DNA of 64,000 nucleotides, taken from positions 2,113 to 66,112 of the forward strand of contig MHSS01000015.1 in NCBI GenBank assembly GCA_001822835.1, read 5' to 3'. Shown piece by piece: positions 1 through 9,744 of the stretch. The position numbers and the translations under genes are program-made. Source of the stretch: Candidatus Terrybacteria bacterium RIFCSPHIGHO2_01_FULL_48_17. Its GTDB lineage: Bacteria > Patescibacteriota > Minisyncoccia > Terrybacterales > 2-01-FULL-58-14. Position 1 is the first letter of the stretch. Every line of letters starts with the position of its first letter. The notes beneath the pieces are model-generated. The model was given only the letters and a program-made list of their open reading frames with translations, searched no databases and was not told where the DNA came from.

Positions 1-662
1 ATAAACCCTACAAAAAGCTCAAGCCCTAAAAACGGTATGGGGGCAATTACCGGGATTAAAGCACCGATCACAATCAACAGCACCTCGCCCGCAAAGATAT
101 TGCCGAACAACCGAAAGGAAAAGGATAAAATTTTTGCAAGTTCGCTTATGGCCTCGAGTAAGCCAACGAAAAACAAAATGGGGCTTTTGAATGAAATAAA
201 CTTCCCGATGTGGCGGAAAGCTCCCAGTGAAGTAATTCCCATAACGTGAGTTGCAACCACGGCAATAAGAGCAATTGCTAAGGTGTTATTTAGATCGCTG
301 AAAGCAGAACGCACCAAAGGAACCAGATGGCCGGCGTGCTCTATAGTGAGTGATCCAACACCCGGCAAAACTCCCATCCAGTTCGCCGTTATCACAAAAA
401 AGAAAATAGTAAGCACTAGTGGTGTAAATTTTTCTGATTTTGAACGATCTTGCGTAACGCTATCCATAAGCGACAAAAGGCCTTCAAAAACCATCTCTAC
501 CGCTGCCTGTCCTTTTTGCGGAACAAGGCGTAACATGCGGGAAAACGCAAATGCAAACCCGACCAACACAGCCATGGCCAGCCACGATGCCAGAAGCGTG
601 TTTGTTACAGGGAAAAAACCAAGATGACCGATGGTTTCAGTTGAAAGGGATATTTCGTGCAT
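1..662 (-). CDS. atpB: F0F1 ATP synthase subunit a, partial; the N-terminal part lies in the window and the gene runs off the window start
   Basis: The minus-strand frame opens with ATG at 662 (MHEISLSTETIGHLGFF...). It has multiple TM segments and the RLFGNIFAGE signature of subunit a. It is absent from the ORF track only because it has no in-window stop. Confidence 0.8.
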   Translation of the reverse strand, partial: MHEISLSTETIGHLGFFPVTNTLLASWLAMAVLVGFAFAFSRMLRLVPQKGQAAVEMVFEGLLSLMDSVTQDRSKSEKFTPLVLTIFFFVITANWMGVLPGVGSLTIEHAGHLVPLVRSAFSDLNNTLAIALIAVVATHVMGITSLGAFRHIGKFISFKSPILFFVGLLEAISELAKILSFSFRLFGNIFAGEVLLIVIGALIPVIAPIPFLGLELFVGF

Positions 663-664
663 AG

Positions 665-886
665 CTAAAGGAATTTTCGAACTTTATACCAAATAATTAC
701 TCCCGTCACAATAAGCGAGAAAAAAAGACCAACCAAAAGCAGCCACGGAGATGTACCAAGAACCCTGTCCAAGGCCCTCCCACCAAAAAGCAGCACGACA
801 ATAGGAATGGCGACTGAATATCCAAATTCCCATGCAAACCGTAGTGCAGGAAACATATTCTTGCCATTCTCTTTTTCTTGCAGCAT
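665..886 (-). CDS. AtpZ/AtpI-like small membrane protein upstream of atpB
   Basis: 73 aa with two predicted TM helices, directly upstream of atpB with a 2-nt gap. The ATG is confirmed at 886. Confidence 0.5.
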   Translation of the reverse strand: MLQEKENGKNMFPALRFAWEFGYSVAIPIVVLLFGGRALDRVLGTSPWLLLVGLFFSLIVTGVIIWYKVRKFL

Positions 887-924
887 ACTATATATAATCC
901 CTCTATAAGAATACCAAAAAACCT

Positions 925-1866
925 ATGACTGTCAAAGAAATACACGAACTTGCGATTGCCTTTGGCAAGAAAAACGACTTCCGGATGGAAGAGGAAATTG
1001 TGCGTGATTTAACGCGCAGGAAACAAAAATATGAAAAGCTTTCAGACGACGAAAAGGAACTTTATGACAAGGATCTGTTCGAAAACCCATATGCGGATAC
1101 AAGAATTCTTTACGATTCCGGCAAAGATGTAAAACGTGTACTCGCTGGTATTGATATTGAAACGGCCGAAGTTTTGTTGGCGGACCGCTTGGGAGGAATC
1201 GACTGCCTTATCCCCCACCATCCCGTTGGAAAGGCCTTAGCACGATTGGATGAGGTTATGCACTATCAGGCAGATATTCTTGAACAATACGGCGTACCTA
1301 TCGGGATTGCAGAATCGCTCTTGAAATTACGAATCTCCGAAGTTTCCAGAGGCCTTTCCCCGAGAAATCATGAGCGGGCGGTAGATGCTGCAAAGAAGCT
1401 CGACATGTCCCTGCAATGCGTACATACGCCAGCTGACAACATGGCAGCGCAATTTTTAAAACAAAAAGTTGAAAAAGCAAACCCTCGGTATGTATCGGAT
1501 CTTTTGGAGCTTTTACGCACAATACCGGAATACTGCGAGGCGATAAAACTCGGCATGGGGCCAATGCTTTTTGCTGGAGATGAAAACCGAAGATGTGGAA
1601 AAATTGCTTTTACAGAAATTACCGGAGGAACAGAAGGGTCAGCGGCAATTTATGAACGGCTTGCACATGCTGGCATCGGAACGATTATCGGTATGCACAT
1701 GTCGGAGAAACATAAGGAAAATGTCGAGGCCGCGCATATAAATGCCGTTGTTGCCGGACATATGTCAACCGACTCGATTGGTATGAATTTATTTTTGGAT
1801 GAACTTGAGAAGAAGGGAGTCGAAGTGATTGCATGTTCGGGGCTGATACGGGTATCACGAACTTGA
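925..1866 (+). CDS. Nif3-like dinuclear metal centre protein (GTP cyclohydrolase 1 type 2 family)
   Basis: 313 aa. It carries the GIDCLIPHHP motif and a C-terminal His cluster typical of the NIF3/YqfO family. Confidence 0.6.
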   Translation: MTVKEIHELAIAFGKKNDFRMEEEIVRDLTRRKQKYEKLSDDEKELYDKDLFENPYADTRILYDSGKDVKRVLAGIDIETAEVLLADRLGGIDCLIPHHPVGKALARLDEVMHYQADILEQYGVPIGIAESLLKLRISEVSRGLSPRNHERAVDAAKKLDMSLQCVHTPADNMAAQFLKQKVEKANPRYVSDLLELLRTIPEYCEAIKLGMGPMLFAGDENRRCGKIAFTEITGGTEGSAAIYERLAHAGIGTIIGMHMSEKHKENVEAAHINAVVAGHMSTDSIGMNLFLDELEKKGVEVIACSGLIRVSRT

Positions 1867-1902
1867 AGATTTAACAATTTAAAGTTCAAGAGTTCAATAG
1901 CG

Positions 1903-1926
1903 AAAAGCCCGCCGAAAGGCGGGCTA
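1903..1926. terminator. bidirectional rho-independent terminator between Nif3 (+) and the 77-aa gene (-)
   Basis: Hairpin agcccgcc-gaaa-ggcgggct flanked by A/T runs, between convergent genes. Confidence 0.6.
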
Positions 1927-1930
1927 AGTG

Positions 1931-2164
1931 TTAGTGTTCTTTATGAATCGTTGCGGCTATGGCAACATTGGGCTCCCGAAGAAAACGCTCGGCAAAATCT
2001 GCCTCTTTTCCCTGCGGGACATGTACAATAACATTCATGGAAACATACGAAGTAAAATCCTTTGCCTCGCATCCCAGCCGAGAAATCGTATTCAGGGCTT
2101 CGGCCTGCGTGATGCCCCGTTTAAAAACAACCCGAATTACTCCATCTTCAATGTGATAGGGCAT
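1931..2164 (-). CDS. hypothetical 77-aa protein
   Basis: ATG at 2164 is preceded by AGGTGAGG 5-6 nt upstream (a good SD). No family recognised. Confidence 0.5.
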   Translation of the reverse strand: MPYHIEDGVIRVVFKRGITQAEALNTISRLGCEAKDFTSYVSMNVIVHVPQGKEADFAERFLREPNVAIAATIHKEH

Positions 2165-2232
2165 TATGCCTCACCTATGGTTCTTTCAATTTTCTAGGCC
2201 CACCCTATCGCACCCAACCTTTTATGTCAAGA

Positions 2233-2814
2233 TTACGACTCATCTATACGGTTTTCTCCCTCAGCAACGGCTTCATATCGAATCTCTATATGCTGACCGT
2301 CATGAAGCTCTGTGGTTTCATATGTTTCAACTTGACGTCCATCAACAGTCATTATGATACGGTGCTTTTCATCTGCAACAGCGTCCAGAATTTGGCTTTG
2401 GTTAAATGGTTTTCCCCAAATCGTAAAAAAATCTCCCATAACAAATGTATGTCGAATGGGCGCCTCAAGATGAAGCGTTCCTACACCATCGTGCGTGTGG
2501 ATCGGATGCAAACACAATCCATTAACGCCGATATTTGACGGGATAGCAACCGACTCGCCATTAATAATAATGGATAAGCGTGGATGTTCGTGCATGGCAA
2601 GGGTCTGATGGTTCACACAACTTTCCGTTGCGGAGAATTCTGCTGATCCAGCGCTCAACCGAAACCACCAAACCCATCCGGCTATCCCTGCTGCCGCGAC
2701 AATAAGCGCAAGAATACCCCATGTGCGTGCCGTGCGGAAACGACGCGCGCGCCCAATGTTTTGTTTCCTTTGCTCACGACGCTCTTTGCGCAACGTCTTT
2801 TTGTCTTGCTCCAT
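2233..2814 (-). CDS. hypothetical membrane-anchored protein, His-rich (HPIHTHD)
   Basis: 193 aa with a basic N-terminus, one TM helix and His-rich motifs. ATG at 2814. Confidence 0.5.
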   Translation of the reverse strand: MEQDKKTLRKERREQRKQNIGRARRFRTARTWGILALIVAAAGIAGWVWWFRLSAGSAEFSATESCVNHQTLAMHEHPRLSIIINGESVAIPSNIGVNGLCLHPIHTHDGVGTLHLEAPIRHTFVMGDFFTIWGKPFNQSQILDAVADEKHRIIMTVDGRQVETYETTELHDGQHIEIRYEAVAEGENRIDES

Positions 2815-2904
2815 ATAAACTCTTTTTTATAATAATTTCGGTTACCTTGCAAGAAGAGCACCAAATTTAATGCCCTCTATGCAACAAGGGGGACAATAAT
2901 ATTA

Positions 2905-3174
2905 TCATCCTTCGGAAACGAATATTTTGAATTGCTCATAGGGTACGGCGCCGCAGATCCATTTATGGGTTCCGGTGTTGTAGAAAAACGGAACGCCGCC
3001 GCAATGGCCCTTATCGTACTCATCCATTTTTTTGGCATTTTCGGGATTATGCCATACCTCATATTTTTCAAATACCACATTAAGCTCTTGTTCTACCTTT
3101 TGGATAAGCGGCTTCATACGAATACAGTGAGGACACTCGCCACCATAAAATTCCAGTAATCGTTTATCGTCCAT
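2905..3174 (-). CDS. thioredoxin/glutaredoxin-like protein
   Basis: 89 aa with a CPHC redox motif inside a thioredoxin-fold pattern. Confidence 0.7.
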   Translation of the reverse strand: MDDKRLLEFYGGECPHCIRMKPLIQKVEQELNVVFEKYEVWHNPENAKKMDEYDKGHCGGVPFFYNTGTHKWICGAVPYEQFKIFVSEG

Positions 3175-3203
3175 AAATATTTTGTATGAAAGATATCTCC
3201 TAT

Positions 3204-3860
3204 TTATTTTTTCAATAGATATCCGACTCGACCAGGAAGACGCTCGAGCTTACCTGCCGCAACGAGCCGCGCGATAATACGAGTTACGGTTTCGCGCGCA
3301 AGTCCGACTTTTTGTGCAATTGCGTCATGCGTAAGATAAGGCAAGCGCACAGAACCATCCGATTGTTGGTTGGTTCCTACCCGAGTCAATTCCCTAAGAA
3401 CCTTACTTGCCGCATCGCCGGCTAGGGCATCAGCAAGCTTTTCTTCAGCATCACGCAACCGTTGTGCAACAAGTTTAAGCGTTCGCAAAGCGATCTCGGG
3501 ATGCTGGGCAAGAATTGCCTCAAGGTCCTTTCGGGAAACGATACATAATTTTGTGAGGCCTTCGGCCACAAAAAATCCAGGTGGGGGCTGTTCGGCAAGA
3601 TCAGCAAAAATTTCCCCTGGTCGAATCGTAGCAAGCGTTATGGTTCTCCCCTGTTCGGTAATTTTAAAATGAAGCGCCCCTTCTTCTACGAAAAACGCTC
3701 GGCCTTTTGCCGAAACAATCCCAAGATCGGGACGGCGGGGAAAAATCGATTCACCATCCCTGCAAATATGTTCAACCGCCAAATGCATCAATGCATCCAA
3801 CATGTCTTTGGGAGGATCTCGCAACAAAACTACAGAACGCACCACTTCAAGACGTACCAT
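3204..3860 (-). CDS. Crp/Fnr family transcriptional regulator
   Basis: 218 aa. The N-terminus has a cNMP-binding beta-roll pattern and the C-terminus an HTH (ETVTRIIARL). SD AAGGGA sits 4 nt before the ATG. Confidence 0.8.
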   Translation of the reverse strand: MVRLEVVRSVVLLRDPPKDMLDALMHLAVEHICRDGESIFPRRPDLGIVSAKGRAFFVEEGALHFKITEQGRTITLATIRPGEIFADLAEQPPPGFFVAEGLTKLCIVSRKDLEAILAQHPEIALRTLKLVAQRLRDAEEKLADALAGDAASKVLRELTRVGTNQQSDGSVRLPYLTHDAIAQKVGLARETVTRIIARLVAAGKLERLPGRVGYLLKK

Positions 3861-3906
3861 ATTTCCCTTATATCATAAACATCCTCGCCCGACAACTAAA
3901 ATGTTG

Positions 3907-4908
3907 TTACGTTTCTTTATTTGAAATATTGCGAAGGCGATCAAGTTGATTGGAAAATTTTTCAAGACCGCGCTCGGCATCGTCATACGCGCGTACCGCA
4001 TTACGTAAATGCCCGCCAGCGATCCGAAACCGTTCCCCAAACATGAGAAGCTCCTGGTCAAGGGCTTTTAGGCCCGCAAGAATTTCGCGCGCAGAAGAAG
4101 CAACCTGCATTCCTCGCAAACCAATTAAGATGGTTCGTAAATAAGCGAAAAAAGTGCCGGGGGACATGGGAATAATTGCGCGATCAAAAATCGCATCGGC
4201 AAGATCCGGAAGGGCAATAATCTCTGAATATACGCCTTCGGATGGAATATAGAGCATGGCAAAGTCCGCTGTACCCTCTTGAGGCACAATATATTTTTTC
4301 CTGATTGCCTCTGCGTGTTGCTTCACGACCTGCGTAAATTCCTTTTGCGCATGCTCGCGCGCTTCGGGAGACGAACGCTTCAGACGTTCATACGCTTCCA
4401 TGGGAAATTTTGAGTCGATAGGAATGAGTAATTCACCTGCACGAATCACAAAATCGACCCTTTCCCCGGACCGAAAAGTAAATTGCTTCTGCCAAAGGCC
4501 TGCTTCTTCACCCCCAGGCAGGTGCTGGGCTAAAATATTTTCAAGTAATTTTTCACCCAAAGCTCCACGGACGCGTGGCGGTTGCAAAATCTCCTGAAGT
4601 CGTGCAATATCTTTAGATTGTTCAAGCACTCGGCTTAACGCGGAACGCTGCTCAACCAATTGGTTTGAAACATCACGTATTACATCCTGGGTTGAAGAAT
4701 GCGATCGCTCGGTCATTTGTGCTAAATGCCCAATTCTTCGATCAAGCATCGCAACGGTCTCTGAAATACTTCGGGAAAGTTGTTCAACCTTTCCCTTAAG
4801 CTCTCCGTTCTCACCCTGTTGGCTCCGTCGCTTATCCCAAAGGATAAATGCGGCAACAACTATTGCTACCGCAAGAAAAAAAATAGCTAATGGAAAAACA
4901 AAAGACAT
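3907..4908 (-). CDS. rmuC: DNA recombination protein RmuC
   Basis: Conserved RmuC C-terminal domain. The chosen start, ATG at 4908 (MSFVFPLAIFF...), gives the N-terminal TM helix. The ORF-track TTG extension to 4965 overlaps the upstream gene. Confidence 0.75.
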   Translation of the reverse strand: MSFVFPLAIFFLAVAIVVAAFILWDKRRSQQGENGELKGKVEQLSRSISETVAMLDRRIGHLAQMTERSHSSTQDVIRDVSNQLVEQRSALSRVLEQSKDIARLQEILQPPRVRGALGEKLLENILAQHLPGGEEAGLWQKQFTFRSGERVDFVIRAGELLIPIDSKFPMEAYERLKRSSPEAREHAQKEFTQVVKQHAEAIRKKYIVPQEGTADFAMLYIPSEGVYSEIIALPDLADAIFDRAIIPMSPGTFFAYLRTILIGLRGMQVASSAREILAGLKALDQELLMFGERFRIAGGHLRNAVRAYDDAERGLEKFSNQLDRLRNISNKET

Positions 4909-4909
4909 T

Positions 4910-5125
4910 TTATTGATCAGTTCGTTGAAGACGCGGCAAAAGCTCCTCAAATCCCTGGCGGTCAAACCCTTGGCTCGGCAAAGAAGTTTCTGGCGGTATT
5001 TCCGCTGCCTTCTGAATCGCTTCTCGCGCCTGCAACAAAGACCACGCGATCATGCCCACGGCCAGAATCAGCGCGCCAATTGCGGCAAAAGACCAAATCC
5101 AATAAGGAATACGTTTGGTGTGCAT
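4910..5125 (-). CDS. hypothetical small membrane protein
   Basis: 71 aa with one TM helix. Its stop lies 1 nt before the rmuC start, inside the pilus operon. Confidence 0.4.
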   Translation of the reverse strand: MHTKRIPYWIWSFAAIGALILAVGMIAWSLLQAREAIQKAAEIPPETSLPSQGFDRQGFEELLPRLQRTDQ

Positions 5126-5133
5126 ACGAAATA

Positions 5134-5673
5134 CTACGGCCTTGATGCGCGAAATATCATAAATCCCGAAATGGTAAACTGCGGCAATTCATTCCGCTGT
5201 CCGCTCGATGAAACTCCTGATATGACAATTACGACGGGAAGGAGATCAAATTCGCGAAAGAGAGAAGTGATGCGTTCGCTTTCGGTTTGAGCCGTAATTT
5301 TAAACACCACATTTTCAAAACCAGGAGTGCCGGCTGCCGGATCAGAAAAAGTGATAACGGCATCTTGAAGCATTTGATTGGTTGTTTGTGTAACTTTTTG
5401 TTTTGCCGAATTAAACGATGTGAAATCGAGCACCGGTACGAGATCACGAACTTGTTCCGTATACGGAACAAGTTCTGCGGCATCCTGTTTTAACGATGCC
5501 AATAATCGAATTTGCGCTGTGGCCTCTTCTGTCTGTTGTCTTTTCGTTTGAATAGAAGTGAGTTTTTCCGGTAAGATGTTTCTTGCTGCAAGAATAACAA
5601 GACACGCAAAGAGAATTACTCCAAAACGAAGAGCCAAAAAAACAACTAGCTTGCTTTTGGGAAGTCGCCTCAT
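5134..5673 (-). CDS. PilO-like type IV pilus assembly protein
   Basis: Bitopic: TM, then coiled-coil, then a beta domain. It sits immediately downstream of pilM/pilN. Start placed at ATG 5673 (MRRLPK...); the track start at 5679 is TTG. Confidence 0.5.
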   Translation of the reverse strand: MRRLPKSKLVVFLALRFGVILFACLVILAARNILPEKLTSIQTKRQQTEEATAQIRLLASLKQDAAELVPYTEQVRDLVPVLDFTSFNSAKQKVTQTTNQMLQDAVITFSDPAAGTPGFENVVFKITAQTESERITSLFREFDLLPVVIVISGVSSSGQRNELPQFTISGFMIFRASRP

Positions 5674-5688
5674 AAACAAAACAGTGGC

Positions 5689-7191
5689 CTAAAAACAGGA
5701 AATAAACTGAAGGGCAAAATTAAATGGAATATTAGATGACGATATATTAAGTTTAGGAGATACTTTGGTCGTAAACAAAGCCGAGTCGTTGATGCGCTCG
5801 TGAATGGATAAATATGCTTCGTCGGTATCTGCAATGCCGGTGATTGAAACACGAGCATCTTGCTGAATTGTTAATTGCTGTAATTGTATGCCCTGGCCGA
5901 GTATCGCGTTTTCTATCCGCGGCAATATATCGGCAAAAGAACAACGAGTGTTTTGTTGAAATGCTTGTCGGGCTATAGCTACAGCACTATTAAACTCTTG
6001 CGCCTGCCCAACAAGCTCTGTAACTTCAGGATTTGTCTTTGCCTGAAGCGCGTCATTGGCCGCCTTTTCTTGAATTGTTACAATTGCAAACGTTGCGGCA
6101 AATATGATGGCACTCACCGCTACACCCAGCGCAATTGTATTTCCCGCAAACCTGATAAAAAATTCCGAGACACTTCGAGAATATGCTTCTTCGGTACGCA
6201 CGGACATAAGATTAACCAAATGATCCTGGCTTCGAGGTATAATTCCCCTCAACGAAGCCCCTCTAATGGCCGCTTTAGAAAGTTCGTGCTCTATGGTGGC
6301 AAAGCTTACGGTAATTCCCAACTGCTCAAGCTCTTGTATCGCCTTTATGGTTGCATCATCAATAAGGCCATCTATCAACATACGACGCGTTGCAATGTGT
6401 TTGGTATGATCTTCGATTTTTAAAAACCGGACAAGCGTAGTCAGCTCGCGCGCAATCATTGCCGCCCGCTCCTCTGGTGTCACTGAATCAATAATCACAT
6501 GATGCGGAAACCTCACTGCATCTCCCTCGATCGCTGCGGCAAGCACTGCATCGGAAAATAGATACGCGACAAAGCCCGGACGGGCAGGATCTTGGGTAAG
6601 CCCGCGGGCCACGGAAAGCATAAGCGGTTCCGCGGCAACCACCCGCAATCCCGCAGAGTGCGCTGCAACAAGATACGGCTCAACGTCTTGTTTCCGCGCT
6701 GCTATAACTACATATTCCTTCATGGCTTCCGTGCCCTCTTGTGTGTTGTGCGCGACCAATTGCCAGTCGATAAATGCTTCTTTTGGCGAAACAGGAAGCA
6801 TGCTCTCTGCCTCCAAACGAAGCATTGAATCAATATCCTCGTTTCGTGTACCAGGAGGAATCGTAACCGTTTTTGCAAAAAGCGGAAGGACGGGCAATGA
6901 GAGTACGACGCTATGAGTGGATAAGGGCATTGGTTTTGCTTTTGTGATTGCCTCTTTCAATGCCATTTCAACTGCTTTCGCATCGATAAGTTTACCGGAA
7001 GAGATGCTGCCAGGCGGCAAAGGTACAGCGCCCTCAGTAACTACTGCCGGTGGAAGATTGGGACCCTGGACAATAAGCTCTGCGACACGAACCCGCGCTT
7101 CTTCAATGGCCACACCGGCGATATGCTCGTGGCCTTGTACGGCCGTAATCAACGCATCAATATATGTTTTTCCAGGAAATCGGAATTTCAT
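5689..7191 (-). CDS. type IV pilus assembly protein PilM fused to PilN
   Basis: 500 aa. The N-terminal region has an actin-like ATPase fold pattern (PilM), followed by a TM helix and a PilN-like coiled-coil/periplasmic domain. Confidence 0.7.
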   Translation of the reverse strand: MKFRFPGKTYIDALITAVQGHEHIAGVAIEEARVRVAELIVQGPNLPPAVVTEGAVPLPPGSISSGKLIDAKAVEMALKEAITKAKPMPLSTHSVVLSLPVLPLFAKTVTIPPGTRNEDIDSMLRLEAESMLPVSPKEAFIDWQLVAHNTQEGTEAMKEYVVIAARKQDVEPYLVAAHSAGLRVVAAEPLMLSVARGLTQDPARPGFVAYLFSDAVLAAAIEGDAVRFPHHVIIDSVTPEERAAMIARELTTLVRFLKIEDHTKHIATRRMLIDGLIDDATIKAIQELEQLGITVSFATIEHELSKAAIRGASLRGIIPRSQDHLVNLMSVRTEEAYSRSVSEFFIRFAGNTIALGVAVSAIIFAATFAIVTIQEKAANDALQAKTNPEVTELVGQAQEFNSAVAIARQAFQQNTRCSFADILPRIENAILGQGIQLQQLTIQQDARVSITGIADTDEAYLSIHERINDSALFTTKVSPKLNISSSNIPFNFALQFISCF

Positions 7192-7215
7192 ATAGTATTG
7201 TATCCTTTCTCCATA

Positions 7216-9729
7216 TTAACGATTTCGTTCGCCAGGGACAAATGAAGGTTCTGGTTTTAGCGGTTCTGCAAGACGGGAACGGCGCAAAATTGCTTCCTCA
7301 ATTGCTGCGCGCGGATGGCCGAATCGCGTACGAGATAATTCCCGCAAAGAACGAATACGGTCCGCACTAAGTTGCATGGGTCTGGCTATACGGATATTAA
7401 AGGGACGCTCAACTCGTCCTGATACCAAAAGTCGCACATATGCATTGAAATTTTCGATGTTTACCAGATCATCTTCACCAAATACTGGAGCGAATTGTTT
7501 TACCAAAAATTCAGCATCTTTCGGGCCTATCCGAAACGACACCAAAGATCCGACATTTCCGAATACCGCCTCACGAATAGAATCGGAAAGTTGGGCAATA
7601 AACTGGTGTGCCAAAACCATATTGAGCCGATACTTTCGTGCCTCGGAAAGAATGGTTGCGATCGAATCGGTAGTAAAATTCTGGAACTCATCAATATAGA
7701 GATAGAAATCGCGACGCCCTTCTTCAGCGATATCCGCGCGTCCCATGGCAGCCATTTGCATCTTTGCGACCAAGATGAGTCCTAATAAGCTTGAATTCAC
7801 TTCCCCTACGCGTCCTTTTGAGAGATTCGCGATGAATATCTTACCCTGATCCATAAGATCCCGGAGATTAAATCCCGATCGCTGCTGCCCAATGATATTT
7901 CGCATCATCTCATTTTCAACAAAACGACCGACTTTTGATATCAAATAGCCAAGCATTTCTGATTTATGAAATTCGGTTGTTTTTGCCATTTCTTTTTCCC
8001 AGAAGGCCCGAACCATGGGGTCGGTTACCTTCGGCAACAATTGCCGCAAATATGCCTCATCTGTAAAAATACGAGGAATTTCAACGATAGTGCCTGGGTT
8101 TTCGCGATCCGCCATAAGTGTTAACATGGCATTTCGCATATTATGTTCAAACATCGGCCCAATAACTTCTGGGGGAAACAGCTTCATGAAAATCGCAATC
8201 ATTTCCTGAACGGCAAAATCCTTTTGTTCTGGACTAGACCATTCAAGCATATTTAGACCAACCGGTCTTTCCATATCTGCAGGATCAAAATAAACTACAT
8301 CTTCCGCGCGTTCTGACGGAACCATACCAAGCACCGCTTCTGCCAAATCGCCATGGGGATCTACTACCGCCACTCCGTTACCTGCAATGAGGTCTTGGGC
8401 AATGAGATTACGAAGAAATGTTGTTTTCCCTGTCCCGGTCTGCCCCACAACATATAAATGCCGGCGCCTATCTTCCGATGCCAGGCGCACCTTTGTCTCA
8501 ATGCCGCGGTATGTATTTATGCCAAGTTCAAGCCCCTGGGCCGGCAAATTTACCGGGGGGGCTGCTGGTTTTGCCTTCACAACTTTCACCTTTGGCGTTT
8601 CTAATGCCACGCTTGGAAAATGGAAAAGGGAGGTCAACTCTTCCGTGCTACATAAAAAAGAAGCGGCCGGATTGAACGTTCTAAATGAATAGCGGTAAAT
8701 AAGATCCCTTAATGCCCTATTTTTCGTGTTAAAAAACCGAACGGAATTAAGATGCGGTGTATGGTATTGGGAAAATGCGGCCTCCAGATCTTCAAGCATC
8801 TGATCCGCTCTCGCCTGATGGGGTGCCGAAGTAATGATACGAAGATTTGTTTCAAACATCGGCTTTGCGGCCTTTTGTTCCAGCGCCTTAACGATTTCCT
8901 GGATAAGAGGCGTGACTGGTTGAAAAGATTCTGCAAAATATGGCGTTGCGGCACGGCGCCGGGCTTCGGGCGTTCCTTCGCGCGGCTGTGGCATCATTTG
9001 ATAGGATTTCGCCGACGACTTTCCCCCGCGGAGCATTGCAGCCGCTTGCCCCCACAAGGATAATTCAAAACGCGCGCGCTCAAAAGAATGGCCCGCTTTT
9101 TGCATTTGCCGCGCGATACGACGCCCACGTGTTGCTTTGTTTTTCCCTGCGGGACGAATAATAAGCTGTATTGCAGCACCCTCCCCCTCTGCTTCAAGTT
9201 TCGACAATGCACCGGTGAGCGCTCGCAAAGGATCCGATTCCAGAATTTGATAGGTCTTCAACGGCAACGCCCAATCATGTTCGAACCGTGCGTTCGCGCC
9301 CGCGTGCGCCCCCTGTGGATGAAAAATATTATAATCACCAACACGTTCTACTTCGGCAGTCGGGTACACGGCATGAATTGCCTTTTCAACAGGGGCAACC
9401 CATCTATGAGGAGAAGCAACAAAAAATGCAAGTTCCTCTCCGACATTAGGCAATGCAATTTCAAGCGCAACGTAAGGTTGTCCGGTAAACCACGTATGCA
9501 TACCTTGCTCATGAATATGAAAGAGGGCTGCATACAACTGCTCCATAACCGCAATTTTTTCTCGCTCTTTTGCAACATCCTCCCGCTCAAAAACACGAGG
9601 CAAAGAAACCCGCAATAATTGGTAATTGAGTGAACGCTCTAAAACAAAGCGGCGATCCCAACGAGAGAACCACCAAAAAACTCCGCCTGCAAGCGCCACG
9701 ATGATAGACAATACGATAAAAGTTATCAT
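7216..9729 (-). CDS. membrane-anchored FtsK/HerA-superfamily P-loop ATPase, TraD/TraG/VirD4 coupling-protein-like
   Basis: 837 aa. N-terminal TM helix; Walker A GQTGTGKTT near residue 430; Walker B LYIDEFQNF (FtsK/T4CP-like DEF). The roughly 400-aa N-terminal domain has no obvious family. Confidence 0.55.
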   Translation of the reverse strand: MITFIVLSIIVALAGGVFWWFSRWDRRFVLERSLNYQLLRVSLPRVFEREDVAKEREKIAVMEQLYAALFHIHEQGMHTWFTGQPYVALEIALPNVGEELAFFVASPHRWVAPVEKAIHAVYPTAEVERVGDYNIFHPQGAHAGANARFEHDWALPLKTYQILESDPLRALTGALSKLEAEGEGAAIQLIIRPAGKNKATRGRRIARQMQKAGHSFERARFELSLWGQAAAMLRGGKSSAKSYQMMPQPREGTPEARRRAATPYFAESFQPVTPLIQEIVKALEQKAAKPMFETNLRIITSAPHQARADQMLEDLEAAFSQYHTPHLNSVRFFNTKNRALRDLIYRYSFRTFNPAASFLCSTEELTSLFHFPSVALETPKVKVVKAKPAAPPVNLPAQGLELGINTYRGIETKVRLASEDRRRHLYVVGQTGTGKTTFLRNLIAQDLIAGNGVAVVDPHGDLAEAVLGMVPSERAEDVVYFDPADMERPVGLNMLEWSSPEQKDFAVQEMIAIFMKLFPPEVIGPMFEHNMRNAMLTLMADRENPGTIVEIPRIFTDEAYLRQLLPKVTDPMVRAFWEKEMAKTTEFHKSEMLGYLISKVGRFVENEMMRNIIGQQRSGFNLRDLMDQGKIFIANLSKGRVGEVNSSLLGLILVAKMQMAAMGRADIAEEGRRDFYLYIDEFQNFTTDSIATILSEARKYRLNMVLAHQFIAQLSDSIREAVFGNVGSLVSFRIGPKDAEFLVKQFAPVFGEDDLVNIENFNAYVRLLVSGRVERPFNIRIARPMQLSADRIRSLRELSRTRFGHPRAAIEEAILRRSRLAEPLKPEPSFVPGERNR

Positions 9730-9744
9730 GAACGGAAAGGGCCC

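Noticed and set aside
37-627. Plus-strand ORFs 37-249 and 283-627 from the track
   Set aside because: They lie antisense to a clear minus-strand ATP synthase subunit a gene (RLFGNIFAGE motif, polytopic). The true gene is missing from the track only because it lacks an in-window stop.
5884-6828. Plus-strand ORFs 5884-6423 and 6592-6828 inside pilM/pilN
   Set aside because: They are antisense to a conserved pilM-pilN coding region and have no start signals, so they are probably spurious. The same applies to 9761-10189 (+), which is antisense to the 140-aa operon leader gene that is supported by the TGGTATAAT promoter.
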